This document shows positions 18,181 to 37,424 of a DNA stretch of 64,000 nt, piece after piece; position 1 is the first letter of the stretch, and each line of letters begins with the position of its first letter. The notes under the pieces are model-generated. The model was not told the DNA's origin, made no database searches, and worked only from the letters and a program-made list of their open reading frames with translations. The position numbers were made by a program, and so were the translations under genes. Origin of the DNA: the human T2T-CHM13v2.0 reference genome, Homo sapiens. The DNA is taken from NCBI RefSeq assembly GCF_009914755.1, contig NC_060926.1; one strand, written 5' to 3'.

Positions 18181-18307
18181 CAGATGACAGGGAAAAACTG
18201 TTCAATCCAATCAAATCCAGATGACAGGGAAAAACTGTTCCATCCAATCAAATCCAGATGACAGGGAAAAACTGTTCAATCCAATCAAATCCAGATGACA
18301 AGGAAAA
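18181..18307. repeat. 37-bp minisatellite, 3.4 copies
   Basis: cagatgacagggaaaaactgttcaatccaatcaaatc at 18181, 18218 (1 mismatch) and 18255; partial copy at 18292. Confidence 0.95.
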
Positions 18308-18314
18308 TAGGTTC

Positions 18315-18644
<330 letters not shown>

Positions 18645-18715
18645 TAAGTACATGGGAATTTTTTTTCATAGTGTAGAGTTAATTGGAAAAGGCAGATTAT
18701 GAAAAAGGAGAGTGA

Positions 18716-19237
<522 letters not shown>

Positions 19238-19997
19238 TGAGTGACTTTGAGCAAACTTTTCATCTTTCTGATAATTTTGTGTGCATGGAAAAGATGACTT
19301 AGCATTGGTCACATGCCCTATTCCAAGGATGGTGTTTGAGCTCCAAAGAGCAGGCCACCTGCCAGAGGACCCGTATTTTTTGGGGACAGGGATGAGAATG
19401 GGCAAGAAGAGAGCAGATGTAGGCTGGGAGCCTTGAGAACGGGAGAGGAAAGAGGTTTCAAGACATTTTTCTCTAGATTGTGAACATAATTGCACTTTGG
19501 TTCCCCCTAGAACAAATTTAAGAAGGACCTAAATTGCTTTTCAAGGCTATTTTAGGAAGTGAACTTGGATCTGACTTTGTTTTTTTTCTTCCTGGGCCTG
19601 TGCGGAGGTGGACCATGGGTGCCCATCTTTATTTGGGTTACAAAAATGTGAAGGGGGTGCAGAGGAACAGCGGGAAGAGAGCAGCCCTCCAAAGCATCCC
19701 TCTCTGCCCCACCCCAGCCACAATCCTTGGGCCTGGGGACAGTGCTCATGCCCCCACGTGAATCGCTTCCCCACAGACACTCTGACAGGAGGCCGGGGAA
19801 GTTTGCTTCCTGTTTTCTGGGGGCAGGGCGGGAGGCAGACAGGGGTGACTGGAGGTGCATGTCCATGACAGGTGGCAGCTGCTTTCCATCCCCAGTGCAT
19901 CCTGCCATGAGAGCACCTACATCCCAGCCCTGCCCCTGCCACCTAAGATCTCTTCTTACAAGAAGCAGTGCCACCTTTAAAATGTTTCAAATGGTCA

Positions 19998-20289
19998 GGC
20001 CGGGTGCAATGGCTCCCACTTGTAATCCCAGTACTTTGGGAGGCTGAGGAGAGCAGATTGCTTGAGCTCAGGAGTTCGAGACCAGGCTGGGCAACACGAC
20101 GAAACCCCATCTCTACCAAAAATACAAAAACTTAACCAGGTATGGTGGCGCACACCTGTGGTCCCAGCTACTCTGGAGGCTGAGGTGGGAGGATCACTTA
20201 AGCCTGGAGGTGGGAGGCTGCAGCAAGCCAAAATCATGCCACCGCACTCCAGTGTGGGTGACGGAGCAAGACCCCATCTCAAAAAAAAA
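19998..20289 (+). mobile_element. AluJ-like SINE
   Basis: Dimer; TSD gtttca(a/g)atggtca. Confidence 0.93.
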
Positions 20290-20359
20290 GTTTCAGATGG
20301 TCATAGGTGTGAAAGTATATAATGTAAATAAAATGTTTTAAAAAACAATATTTTTAAAA

Positions 20360-20880
20360 GTTGTAGCATAGAAGTGATGGCACCAAGCTGCCTTAGTTGA
20401 AACCAAATCCTGGCTGTGCCGATTAAAAATGGTGAGGCAGGCTGGGCACAGTGGCTCACGCCTGTCATCCCAGCACTTTGGGAGGCTGAGGCTGAGGCTG
20501 GAGGATCACTTGAGCCCAGGAGTTTGAGACCAGCCTAGGCAACATAGTGAGACCTCATCTCTACAAAAAAATTTAAAAAATTAGCTGGGTGTGGTGGCAT
20601 GTGCCTGTAGTCCCAGCTACTCAGGAGGCTGTGGGGGAGGATCGCTTGGGCTGGGGAGGCAGTAAGCCATGATCACACCACTGCACTCCAGCCTGGGTGA
20701 CAGAATAAGACCCCATGTCAAAAAAAAAAAAAAAGAAAGGAAGGAAGAAAGGCGAGGCAAGCTCCTCAACCCTCTGGGCTTCAGTGTCATCGCCTGCAGA
20801 GTGCTGGCCATGGACACTTCAGGGACTCACAGTGAAGACAGCCCTTGGCCATGTGGCAGGCACATGGCAAACGCTGCTAA
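20360..20880 (+). mobile_element. MIR interrupted by an AluJ-like element (20440-20750)
   Basis: aaatcctggctgtgcc...[Alu; TSD gg(t/c)gaggca]...caagctcctcaaccctctgggcttcagt. Confidence 0.75.
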
Positions 20881-21104
20881 CCGGGGCCATAGTGATTCAC
20901 TTTCACAGCAGGGCTGGGAGCTGTGGCTGCACGTGCACGTGAACACATGTGGGTAAATGCTCCCGTCTCTCAGTGTTCCCAGCCCTTCTGCACAGAAGGT
21001 CGGGTGAGTCAAAAGGAGAATAATCGGTGATCATAATGATAGGAAACGATCGAGTTTGGGGATTGTCTCCTCCTCCTCGGGCTCGGCTGAGGATAAAGCA
21101 GTGC

Positions 21105-21745
<641 letters not shown>

Positions 21746-22264
21746 ACATTCTGAGGCAAGGACACAACTCAGCCAGGACAAGAGCCACTTCCCCAACCAT
21801 AAAAGTGTCACCCAGGGCAGTGGGCTTTTCTACCTGACCCAACACAGCCAATTTAAGCTGGAATGGAATTAAAGTGTTGTAATTCACGTGAAAAGTCATG
21901 GAAAACGGCACTGCAGTAAGGCATTGGCTACGGAAACATCACAAGATTGAATAAAGACCTGCTTTGCATCAACGCACATCATGGCACGTTCTCATTGTGG
22001 GAAAATGTGGTTTAATGAGGGAGACACGGGGAGGGGCAGAAGACCTCAGGGAGATTCCAAAGAGGATTCCCAAGCAGGTGCATTCACGGGCATTGGTGAA
22101 AGGCAGCAGGGGCTTGTCATCCCGCTTCTGAAAAATGGGCAACTCTCCACTGATGCCTGTGTTCCCCCATGGGGGAGAGTGGGGGTGGAGAGGGCAGGAC
22201 CGCCAAACCAGCCTGCCGGGGAAGGTGGGGGACAAGGGCAGGAGTGCAGCCTGGGCCTGCTTCC

Positions 22265-22398
22265 TGAGGCCAACAGATGCCACCCCTGCAATCCCAGCAC
22301 TTTGGGAGGTCGAAGTGGGCAGATCGCCTGAGGCCAGGAGTTTGAGATCAGCCTGGGCAACACAGTGAGATCCTGTCCCTACTAAAAAAATTTTTTAA
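22265..22398 (+). mobile_element. Alu monomer (FLAM-like)
   Basis: Left arm only. Confidence 0.8.
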
Positions 22399-22529
22399 AA
22401 TTGAGAGAGAGACAGATGTCTGCCGGCCAGCCTCACACAGCGGGCCAGGCCGGAGAAAGCAATGGAGGAACAGAAAGGCCCTGAGCCCCTATGAAGGGGC
22501 CCATCCCTGACCTCTGCTCTCCTAGTCTT

Positions 22530-22660
22530 CATCAGCCTGGAGGTTATGTCCATTTTGCAGTTAAGGAGATTGAGGCACAGGCAGGTGACAACACATGCCC
22601 AGTGTCCCTGAGCGCGGGTACTAGAGCCGGAATTGGAAGCCAGCTCTCCGACTCCAGGGC
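22530..22660 (-). mobile_element. MIR SINE
   Basis: ccattttgcagttaaggagattgaggcacag...agagccggaattggaagccag. Confidence 0.75.
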
Positions 22661-23589
22661 CCCCAGTTCGCTAATGAGTCTCTGCTGCCCTCAGCACAGG
22701 AGAGGGTACAACCATCAGGAGCTGGGATTGGAGGAGGGGAGGGCAAGGGAGGCTGTCTGCCTCCAGCCACGTGTGCACTCAGGTGACTCACACCTGAGTG
22801 TTTGCAACTCCGGGTACCATAAACCCAGTGGGCCACCCTCTGTGTGACTCATGCCCCCTCCTGCCCAAGTTCTCCCGGGGCCACCCCTGCCCTGGAGGAG
22901 TGCCCAACACAGCAGCTGTCATGGCCGATCTCCTGGGAAACCCACCTGGCAGAGCCCAGCCCAGGGAGCCCCACGGGATGCTCTGGTTCTCCTCAGCACT
23001 CTCTCTGGCCGATCAGGTTCAAGGACAGCTCTCAGTCTTACCCGGGAGAAGAAACTGGGGCACCTCCTGTTTTCTCCGCTCTGCGTCTCAGCAGGGTTTG
23101 CTGAAAGGAGAGCTGCGTCTGCAAGTCCTGCACCTGTTTTGTAAGCCTCACCTGTGCTTCCTGGGGATGGAGTCCTGCCCTGGCCCGCTGTTCCCCAGGA
23201 AGGCTGGCAAGCTCAGCCCCCCAGCCAGGACAAGTTGTGGGAAAACCCTGGGAACATAAGGCCACCCAGCTGAGTGAGGAATCTCTGTGTGTCCCCAGAG
23301 CACAGCTCAGTCCCCAGCCCATCACAAGCTGGCCCCACGGGCAGAGCACCCTCCCACAGCCCCACTGCCCCTGCTGTCACGTTCCTGCAGCCCTGCAGCC
23401 CACCCAAGACTGCCAGGGGACCCTCCTTTCCTCCCAGCCCCCTGATTTTTAATTAAAAAACAATGATTTCCCAAACTGGTACCAATAAGCAGTGAATTCC
23501 TGTTGACGAGTTTGGAGGGGACTTTCCTAGTTCATAGAGTCCACGGTTTTAAAAAGATCACTGCTGTCTAGTTTTCCGGTCCTGGCCCC

Positions 23590-23937
23590 GTGGAAGGTCA
23601 CGCGCAGCTGAAAATAATTTTCTGGATCAGGAAACAGGCCAGACTGACGCGTGCCCAGGCGGTTCCCTTGCTGGCCGTGGAAGACATCTGGCGGACACCT
23701 GGCTGCAGAGGCTCGACTTGGAGTCCAGCTGGGGCTCAACTAGGCTCGCTGGAGGGCAGGGGACCCTGGAAAGAAAACAGGGGCGCAGCTTGCCCTGTGG
23801 ACCCGGGGCTGCCCAGCGCGATGACACGGGACCGCACGGCCCGCAGGACCCCAGACGCCCGCTAGGGGCGCGCGCGAGCCAGGGGAGCCACGAGGGCCCT
23901 GCGGGGAGCGAGCCCGGCAGCCCCGCCCAGGACGCCA
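23590..23937. promoter_or_regulatory. Small CpG-rich island-like segment
   Basis: Dense CpG (gcgcgcgcg, ccgcacggcccgc) in non-Alu sequence. Confidence 0.55.
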
Positions 23938-23959
23938 TGAGTTCTCCTGCTCTTACTCC

Positions 23960-24090
23960 CCTCCCTTTTTTTCTATCTTTTGTTTTTCTTCTTTTCTTTT
24001 CTTTTCTTTTCTTTTCTTTTCTTTTCTTTTCTTTTCTTTTCTCTCTCTTCTCCTTTTTTTCCCTTTCCTTTCCTTTTTCTCCTTTTCTTT
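23960..24090. repeat. Polypyrimidine tract with (CTTTT)10
   Basis: Perfect units at 23991-24040. Confidence 0.95.
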
Positions 24091-24323
24091 TAAACAAAAA
24101 GCATAGTCACATGTACAGCACAGAACAGCCAAAGAACATCTAATGCCTAGCACGTGGTACTGAAAAAAACTATTCATTGGCGTCATTAATTGTAAATAAA
24201 TGTGACATACACTTCATCAGCCAATCCTCTATTGTTAGACATGAAGCTTGTTACCAATTTCCCCCTATTTCTTGTCACCTTCTTTTATTATACAAGTACA
24301 TTGTAGAAAACACAGGTAAAAAA

Positions 24324-24657
<334 letters not shown>

Positions 24658-24769
24658 TTAATTCCAACCATTCAGATAATCTTTAACATACATTTTGGCA
24701 TTAATTTATACTTAAGTACATAGATGATAGACAGATAGATGCTTGTATTAAAAAAAAAAGGGGGGGGCT

Positions 24770-25080
24770 TGCTGGGCGCGGTGGCTACACCTGTAATCCC
24801 AGCACTCTGGGAGGCTGAAGTGGGCAGATCACTTGAGTTCAGGAGTTCGAGACCAACCTAGCCAATATGATGAAACCCCGTCTCTACTAAAAATGCAAAA
24901 ATTAGCTGGGTCTGGTGGTGCATGCCTGTAGTCCCATCTACTCAGGAGGCTGAGGTGAGAGAATCGCTGGAACCCAGGAGGCAGAATTCGCAGTGAGCCA
25001 AGATTGTGACACTGCACTGCAGCCTGGGCAACAGAGGGAGACTCTGTTTCAAAAATAATAATAATTATTAATTAATTAAT
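24770..25080 (+). mobile_element. AluS-like SINE
   Basis: Dimer with (AAT)n tail. Confidence 0.93.
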
Positions 25081-25124
25081 TAAAATGGCCTCATACTCTT
25101 TTGTAAATGGCTTTATCAATTTAA

Positions 25125-25530
<406 letters not shown>

Positions 25531-25986
25531 TAACGCTCTGATGTGCACTTCCATAATACAAATGTTTAGAAATAGAATATTTGGGTCAAGGAGATCCCTA
25601 GGCTCTGCGTAGCTGTTGCCATATCCCTCGCGCATGTTTGCATCTCCCCGACACACCAGTATTGATGCAAGTTTCTGCTTACTCCAGTACTTTAGCCAGA
25701 ACTTTAGCCAGAACTGGGTATTAACTTTAACAGCTGGATCAGGAAAAGATGCTCCCAACTGCAGTTTTCATTACACACATCTGATTACAGCAAGGCCAAT
25801 GTTTTCCCCACGGGTGTGGTCATAGGAAGTCTTCTTTGGTGAATTACTGCACAGGCCTGTGGCCCATGTATAAGTTATGACACTCTTCATAACAGCAGTC
25901 TGCCCCCGCAAGTTTAGGAACTTATGCACAAAAGGCCCCTGTTTTCTTGAGTATTTTCGCATGCATATTCATAAGCCAGTCTGTAG

Positions 25987-26398
<412 letters not shown>

Positions 26399-26442
26399 AT
26401 TTCTGTGCAGCTGCTGAGGCAGAAAGAAAAAGAAAGTAAAAA

Positions 26443-26728
26443 GGCCAGGTGCAGTGGCTCACACCTGTAATCCCAGCACTTTGGGAGGCCGAGGCAGGCA
26501 GATTGCTTGAGCTCAGGGGTTTGAGACCAGCCTTGGTAACATGGTGAAACCCCATATCTACAAAAAATACAAAAATTAACCGGGCGTGGTAATGTGTGCT
26601 TGTAGTCTTAGCTACTCGGGAGGCTGAGGTGGATCACCTAAGCCCTGGAGGCGGAGGTTGCAGTGAGCCAAGATTACTCCATTGCATTCCAGCCTGGATG
26701 ACAGAGTGAGACCCTGTCTCAAAAAAAA

Positions 26729-26732
<4 letters not shown>
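26443..26732 (+). mobile_element. Alu SINE
   Basis: Dimer with polyA. Confidence 0.93.

Positions 26733-26733
<1 letters not shown>

Positions 26734-26780
<47 letters not shown>
26734..26780. repeat. (TA)23 microsatellite
   Basis: Uninterrupted; read directly. Confidence 0.95.
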
Positions 26781-26783
<3 letters not shown>

Positions 26784-27135
26784 AGCACTCCTCAAAACTG
26801 TCAAGATCATAAAAACAAAAGAAGTCTGAAAAACTGTCACAGCCAAGAGGAACTCAAGGAAACATGACAACTGAATGTCATGTGGTATCCTGGATGGGCT
26901 CCTGAATATAAAAAGAATATTAGGAAAAAACTAAGGAAATAGGAATAAAATATAAGCTTTAGTTAACAATAATGCATTTGAATAGTGGTTTATTAATAGT
27001 AACAAATGTACCTTATTCACATAAAATGTTAGTGATAGAGTTAACAGTGTGGCGTATATGGCAGCTCTCTGTACTCTATTTGCAACTGTTCTGTAAATCT
27101 CAAACTGTTCTAAAATAAAATGTTATTTTAAAAAG
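26781..27135 (+). mobile_element. L1MC/MD-like 3' end
   Basis: ctcctcaaaactgtcaag...ttgcaactgttctgtaaatctcaaactgttctaaaataaaa. Confidence 0.8.
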
Positions 27136-27948
27136 ATAAAAACAGTGGCTGTCCCTGTTCCATCAGTTTGGTGAGTCAGTGTCCCTGTAGGTTGTAGAAT
27201 GAAAATACCCAACACTGAAATTCAAACGCAACACAGATGATTGTGGAGGTGGTTCAAAAGACAGTAATTTGAATATCAAAGTTTCTAGAGACGCACTGGA
27301 GAAAACCGATCAAGTACTTTTGCAAAAATGACCCTCTTTCTTGAGAAGGCCAAACACGCTGGGTAGGAGTTCACATGGAGCTGTCCAGCCTCCTGGCCGC
27401 TGAAACCCTGATCAATACTTGATGGATTCTTTGTTCTAGAATGGGCAGGTGGCACCAGGAAGATGATGGGTCTTCACCCCTGGAGCTGCACCAGAGCTCA
27501 ACCTATGACAACCTGGCTCAGCCTGTGACAACCTATGAACACCCTGTGCTCTTCCTAGGAAGGATCAGGAGAAACACCAGGACCCCAAACCCCCAGAGCT
27601 AAAAGATGGCACCAGGCTCTAAGTAGAAACCCATGGGATGAAGACCAAAGCCACTGATACCTCTGGCTCTCCCCAGGGAATTCCATGGTTACAGGTGTGC
27701 ACCCCACACCTGATCCCACCAGAGGCTGGAAGAGGAAAGGGGCGGGATGGGGGCTAGGGGAAGTAGGCAGGTAGGGCAGGGCAGTCCATCTTTTGCAAGT
27801 AGCAATGGATCTCTCTCCAGGAGGCAGAGAACTAGCTCTGGGGCAGCCTCTTTCTGTGCTTTGGGAGATCCACTTTGAGGGTTACAAACCCTCAAAGCTG
27901 CTCCTACAAGTCTTCTTGGGCAAACTGGGACTTTGGCATGGCTGGCAG

Positions 27949-28740
27949 TGTTACCAAAACACCAGGAATTTGGTCTAGGTCCTAGTGCTTGCCACGCCCA
28001 TCACTGAAACCACAATTATTGCCCTGGAAGAAGGCTTTAATTGGGTGCTGCAGCCAAGGATTTGGGGGATACGTCTCAAATCCATCCCGACTGACTACAG
28101 TTAGGGGTTGGTACAGCAGAAACGTAACCACATGCAGGAAAGCAGGAATTAGGGAGGGGTAAGGAAGAGGAGTCAGTTAACAGGGAGCAGGTGGCCAGTT
28201 AGGCAGTCATCAGAGGTGAGGGGTTTGGCTTCTCATTGTCCAAATGCAGTGACTGGTGAGTTTCAGCTTCTTGATACTATCTGGGAGGCCAGCTGCTTGG
28301 TCTCCTGAGAAAGGAGCTCAGAAAAAACAAACATAACTTTCTCAAATTTCAAGACTGGGAGGCGCAATTTCTATGTTTACTCAAAATAAACTATAAACAT
28401 CAGTCTTGATTTGTTTTGTTTTGTTTTGAGACAGTTTCACTCTGTTGCCCAGCCTAGGGTGCAGTGACACCGTCTTGGCTCGCTGCAACCTGGGTTCAGG
28501 TGATTCTCACGCCTCAGCCTCCCAAGTAGCTGGGATTACAGGCGCACACTACCACACCTGGCTAATTTTTTTTAGTTTTTGCATTTTTAGTAGAGACGGG
28601 GTTTCGCCATGTTGGCCAGGCTGGTCTCGAACTCCTGGCCTCAAGCCCACCTCAGCCTCCCAAAATGCTGGGATTACAGGCGTGAGCCATTGCACCTGGC
28701 CTATAAACATCAGTTCTATGGGACAATCGGGTGGGTTTCG
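27949..28740 (-). mobile_element. ERV1-class solo LTR (LTR26-like, subfamily uncertain) with internal Alu (28410-28701)
   Basis: TG start tgttaccaaaacaccagg; 4-bp TSD GCAG on both sides; Alu TSD ctataaacatcagt. Confidence 0.8.
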
Positions 28741-29139
28741 GCAGGAGCCTTCCAGGTTCTGGGGTGTAATTGACAGGGACTTGGCTTTGTCACCACAGAA
28801 AGTGAGAGTCGATAGCTTCAGCTGTGCATGAATTGAGACCATCTTGACCTTGAACCGAGGCTTTTTCTAGAAGATCATTTGAATGTTTTTTCCTGGGCGG
28901 GTGAGGCAGGGAACCACGCATCCACCAGTACAAAACACAATCACGAACTAACAAGAACAGCGCAGATCTGTAAATACTGATGTGGAATTAACCCCACAAA
29001 ATTCTGTTAGGTGAAAGGAACATAAAAATAATCGAATTTGTCCACTGAAATTTTCTAGCAGGTCAAACGAGAAACAACATTGGTTGACTCAGAGGAAAGT
29101 TACTGGGGTACTGGTTAGGAAGGAAATTTGTGTATCCTC

Positions 29140-29771
<632 letters not shown>

Positions 29772-30235
29772 ACGTTACGATTTTTAAAGTCTAACCTAAC
29801 CAAACTGTCAGAAACTTAAAATGACAACACTTTCATTCCAATTAATTGTACTAGAATGTTCCAAGCAAATATCCCCTTCCTTCCCCAGGCCAGGGCCCAG
29901 CCATGCCTCCCACTCCTCCAGGCTGCTGGGCTAGTTGCTGGGTCCTGGGGTGGCCCACAGGGACTTTGCCTACTGTAATTTCCACCAGCACCCCCAAGCC
30001 ACCCCAGCTAAACACACAATTGAAGTACAAATAGCATGTTCACCATCTGAAGACGAGTCACCTATTTTCTGCTTCCAACTGGACTGTGTTCTCAAGACCC
30101 CCTGCATTCATTTATATCGCTGGGTAACATATTTCCCGGCTGGTGAGAAGTCCCGGCGTGGCCCAGCTATGTCCTCTGAGATGGCAGGGTCTCATGAGGC
30201 TGTCACCAGGTGTCCGCTGGGTCACATCCTCCTCT

Positions 30236-30865
30236 TGCAGATGGAGGAGGCAGACACATGCCTAGGCAGATGGGGCAGAACCCCAGTGAAACCCTACCTC
30301 CAAGACAAAGACAGTTTAAAACCTGAAAGCCAAGCTACAAGTCAAATCCACGGACCAGATTGAGAACCCGTCTTCCCGTTTGGTGCACTTTCCTCTGATT
30401 GATCCCCACCCTTCACCTATTTTACAGAAACCTACCCTACCCTAATTGGTTTTTTACACTGTCATGCCCACCTTTGAGCAGTGCCTTTGTTTTAACCTTT
30501 TTTGCATACTCACAAACCAATCAGCACACACTCCCCATTCTGAGCCTATAAAATCCCAGACCCAGCCACACTGAAGGAGAGACCACCCAACTTAGAGTGG
30601 AGGACAACCCTTGCATCCCCTCTCCACTGAGAACTTTTCCATCACTCAATACAGTTATTATCTGCCCTCCTCATCCTTCGATGGTCAGGGTAACCTCATT
30701 CTTCCTGGACATGAGACAAGAGTTCAGGAACCACCAAATGTGGGTAGGAGCTATAACACAGGCAGGCTGGGGCACACATGGCCCAGCTACGGGCTGAGCT
30801 GGTGCACAAGCTCAGTGCAGCCCAGTGGACTGAATGGGTGGGGCATGTGACCAAGGGGCCCTGGC
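30236..30865 (+). mobile_element. ERV1-class LTR (LTR27/28-like, uncertain)
   Basis: ggaggcagacacatgcctaggcaga...gaaagccaagctacaagtcaaatcc...ccaatcagc...cctataaaa...cctcattcttcctggac blocks. Confidence 0.75.
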
Positions 30866-31019
30866 TTTTGCTGGCCTCTGACTGAAGGTCCCCCTCAGGT
30901 CCTTGTTAGTGGTTTTTTGTTAGGTGAACTTATAACATAACACGGTCCTTATTTCATCAAGCCAGGAAGGAGAATCTCCAATGTGTGCTGGTAAGATGGA
31001 GGCTTGTCTAGGTATCTAT

Positions 31020-31140
31020 AGTAACTCAGTCATGGGAGTGACATCCTGTCACCTGTGCTATATTCTACTGGTTATAAGCAAGTCACAGGTCCCACTCACA
31101 CTCAAGAGGAAGGGATTATATAGGGCATGAACCCTAGGGT
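31020..31140 (-). mobile_element. Old MLT1 LTR fragment
   Basis: tattctactggttataagcaagtcacaggtcccactcacactcaagaggaagggatta. Confidence 0.65.
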
Positions 31141-31944
31141 CTTTCTGCCATACCCTCCCACAGGGAGATTTTTGAGCTGGCACTGGCAGGGCCCTGGGGA
31201 GGAGTTATGGGATGCTACACTGCCAGGAGCAGAGGAACTGTGCAGGGTTTGTGCCCTCACAGGCACTCAGATTCACAGTGACTGGCCCAGAAAGACGAAA
31301 GGCATTTAACATGGTAAAGCCACAGGGCTGTACCTAATGGGACCTTTTGCCATGTGCCATTATGTGTGATGTTAACGGTGGCCCTGAGTTGTGCAGCGCA
31401 CACCTGCGCAACTGTTTGCAGCAGCCCGGACCCCCACCTGTGGATGAGAGGCTTCTTCAGAGCACTGCCTCGCTGATGATCATTATCTGGTCGGACTCCA
31501 GTTCCACCAACAGACCATATGTCTGTGCAGCTGAGTTTACTTTACACTACATCCTCTTTTCCAGCTATTCTGTGACTTCTCAGTTCCTCAAACACACCCG
31601 AAGCTTGAAATATTTTCTCTGGAACTTTTGGCTCTGGTTTTACCCTCTGCAATTCAAAACTCACAGCCTCTCAGAGTTTGTTTATTTTCTTACACTGCTG
31701 GGTGAGTCTCTAGAAACGAAATATCAAAGCCAGCTGGAGTCTCAAATGAGAATCCTGATTATTCCAGAGCAATGATTGTCACAGTTGTCATGTAAGTGGG
31801 GGCAGCCCACCCCCCACAATGCATTGCAGTGGCAGTGCCACAGTTACAGGTTAGGCACATGCTCCAAACAGTTCTATTCATCCCCAGGCATCCTTGGCAC
31901 AGCTCAAGACTGTTTTTCAATTAACAATAAACGTAGAAGGTGCC

Positions 31945-32832
<888 letters not shown>

Positions 32833-32859
32833 TAATGCAGGTCATAAAGTCTCAAAAAT

Positions 32860-33450
<591 letters not shown>

Positions 33451-33478
33451 TGTACTTTGAACCACCTGAAGAAACTAA

Positions 33479-33838
<360 letters not shown>

Positions 33839-33849
33839 TGATGCTTCGC

Positions 33850-34988
<1,139 letters not shown>

Positions 34989-35091
34989 TAACATCATTTA
35001 AAATTTTACTTTTAGGAAATATTTTCTTCCCTCCTTTTTTGGAGAAAAGATGTCACGATTTTTTTTTAAACAGAATCAAGAATTTAAAATA

Positions 35092-35396
35092 GGGCCAGGC
35101 ACAGTGGCTCACACCTGTAATCCACGCACTTTGGGAGACCGAGGTGGGAGGATTGCTTGAGTTCAGGAGTTCGAGACCAGCTTGGGAAATGTAGCAAAAC
35201 CCCTCCCATCTCTGCAAAAAACTACAAAAATTAGCCAGGTGTGGTGATGCACACCTGTAGTTGCAGCTGCTCAGGAGGCTGAGGTGGGAGGATGGCTTGA
35301 GCCCAGGAGGCAGAGGTTACAGTGAGCCAAGATCACACCACTGTACTCCAGCCTGAGTGACAGTGTGAGAACCTGCCTCAAAAAAAAAAAAAAAAG
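35092..35396 (+). mobile_element. AluJ-like SINE
   Basis: Dimer with polyA. Confidence 0.93.
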
Positions 35397-35724
35397 GTTA
35401 AAAAAGACAAGCTTCCTATAAGAACATATTTATAAAACAAAACCAGCTACAGAGTCGACTGCCATTAATTATCTTCAAACAGGGAAAAGAAATAGGGAGT
35501 ATTTATTTACAAATTACAAGCTGAGGTTATTTTCCTCTTGTTTTGGTGCTTTTGTTTTTCCTATTATGAATTTTGAGACATACAGAGATGTCCTTTTACA
35601 TATGCATGTAGTCTAATATTGCTTATTTACAGGAACAATTAAACAAATAAATGCTTTAGTTAACAAACGGACCTAAAATTCAGCAGTTAAAAAATTGTGG
35701 GGGGGGAAAAACTCAGTTTAAAAG

Positions 35725-36648
<924 letters not shown>

Positions 36649-36831
36649 AGATGGCAAACAGGTGGGGGCAGGTTCCTAGGGCCACCAAGATGCTTTGCGT
36701 GGAACCCAATGTGCTTGGCACCCCTGGAATTCTGAGTCATTTTGGGACCTGGTGGCAGTGGGGGCATGTTAATTCTTTGCCATCCCTTCAAATCAATATT
36801 CTCTAAATTTGTCAGAATTTAGGTGACAGAG

Positions 36832-37424
<593 letters not shown>

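Noticed and set aside
18181-18307. 37-bp repeats as CRISPR direct repeats
   Set aside because: The copies are head-to-tail with no spacers.
21883-21892. Palindromic E-box TTCACGTGAA and scattered single TGA(C/G)TCA sites
   Set aside because: Isolated short motifs at about chance frequency in 64 kb.
23859-23871. CTCF site CCGCTAGGGGCGC
   Set aside because: One base short of the CCRSYAGRKGGCRS spacing; not convincing without a PWM score.
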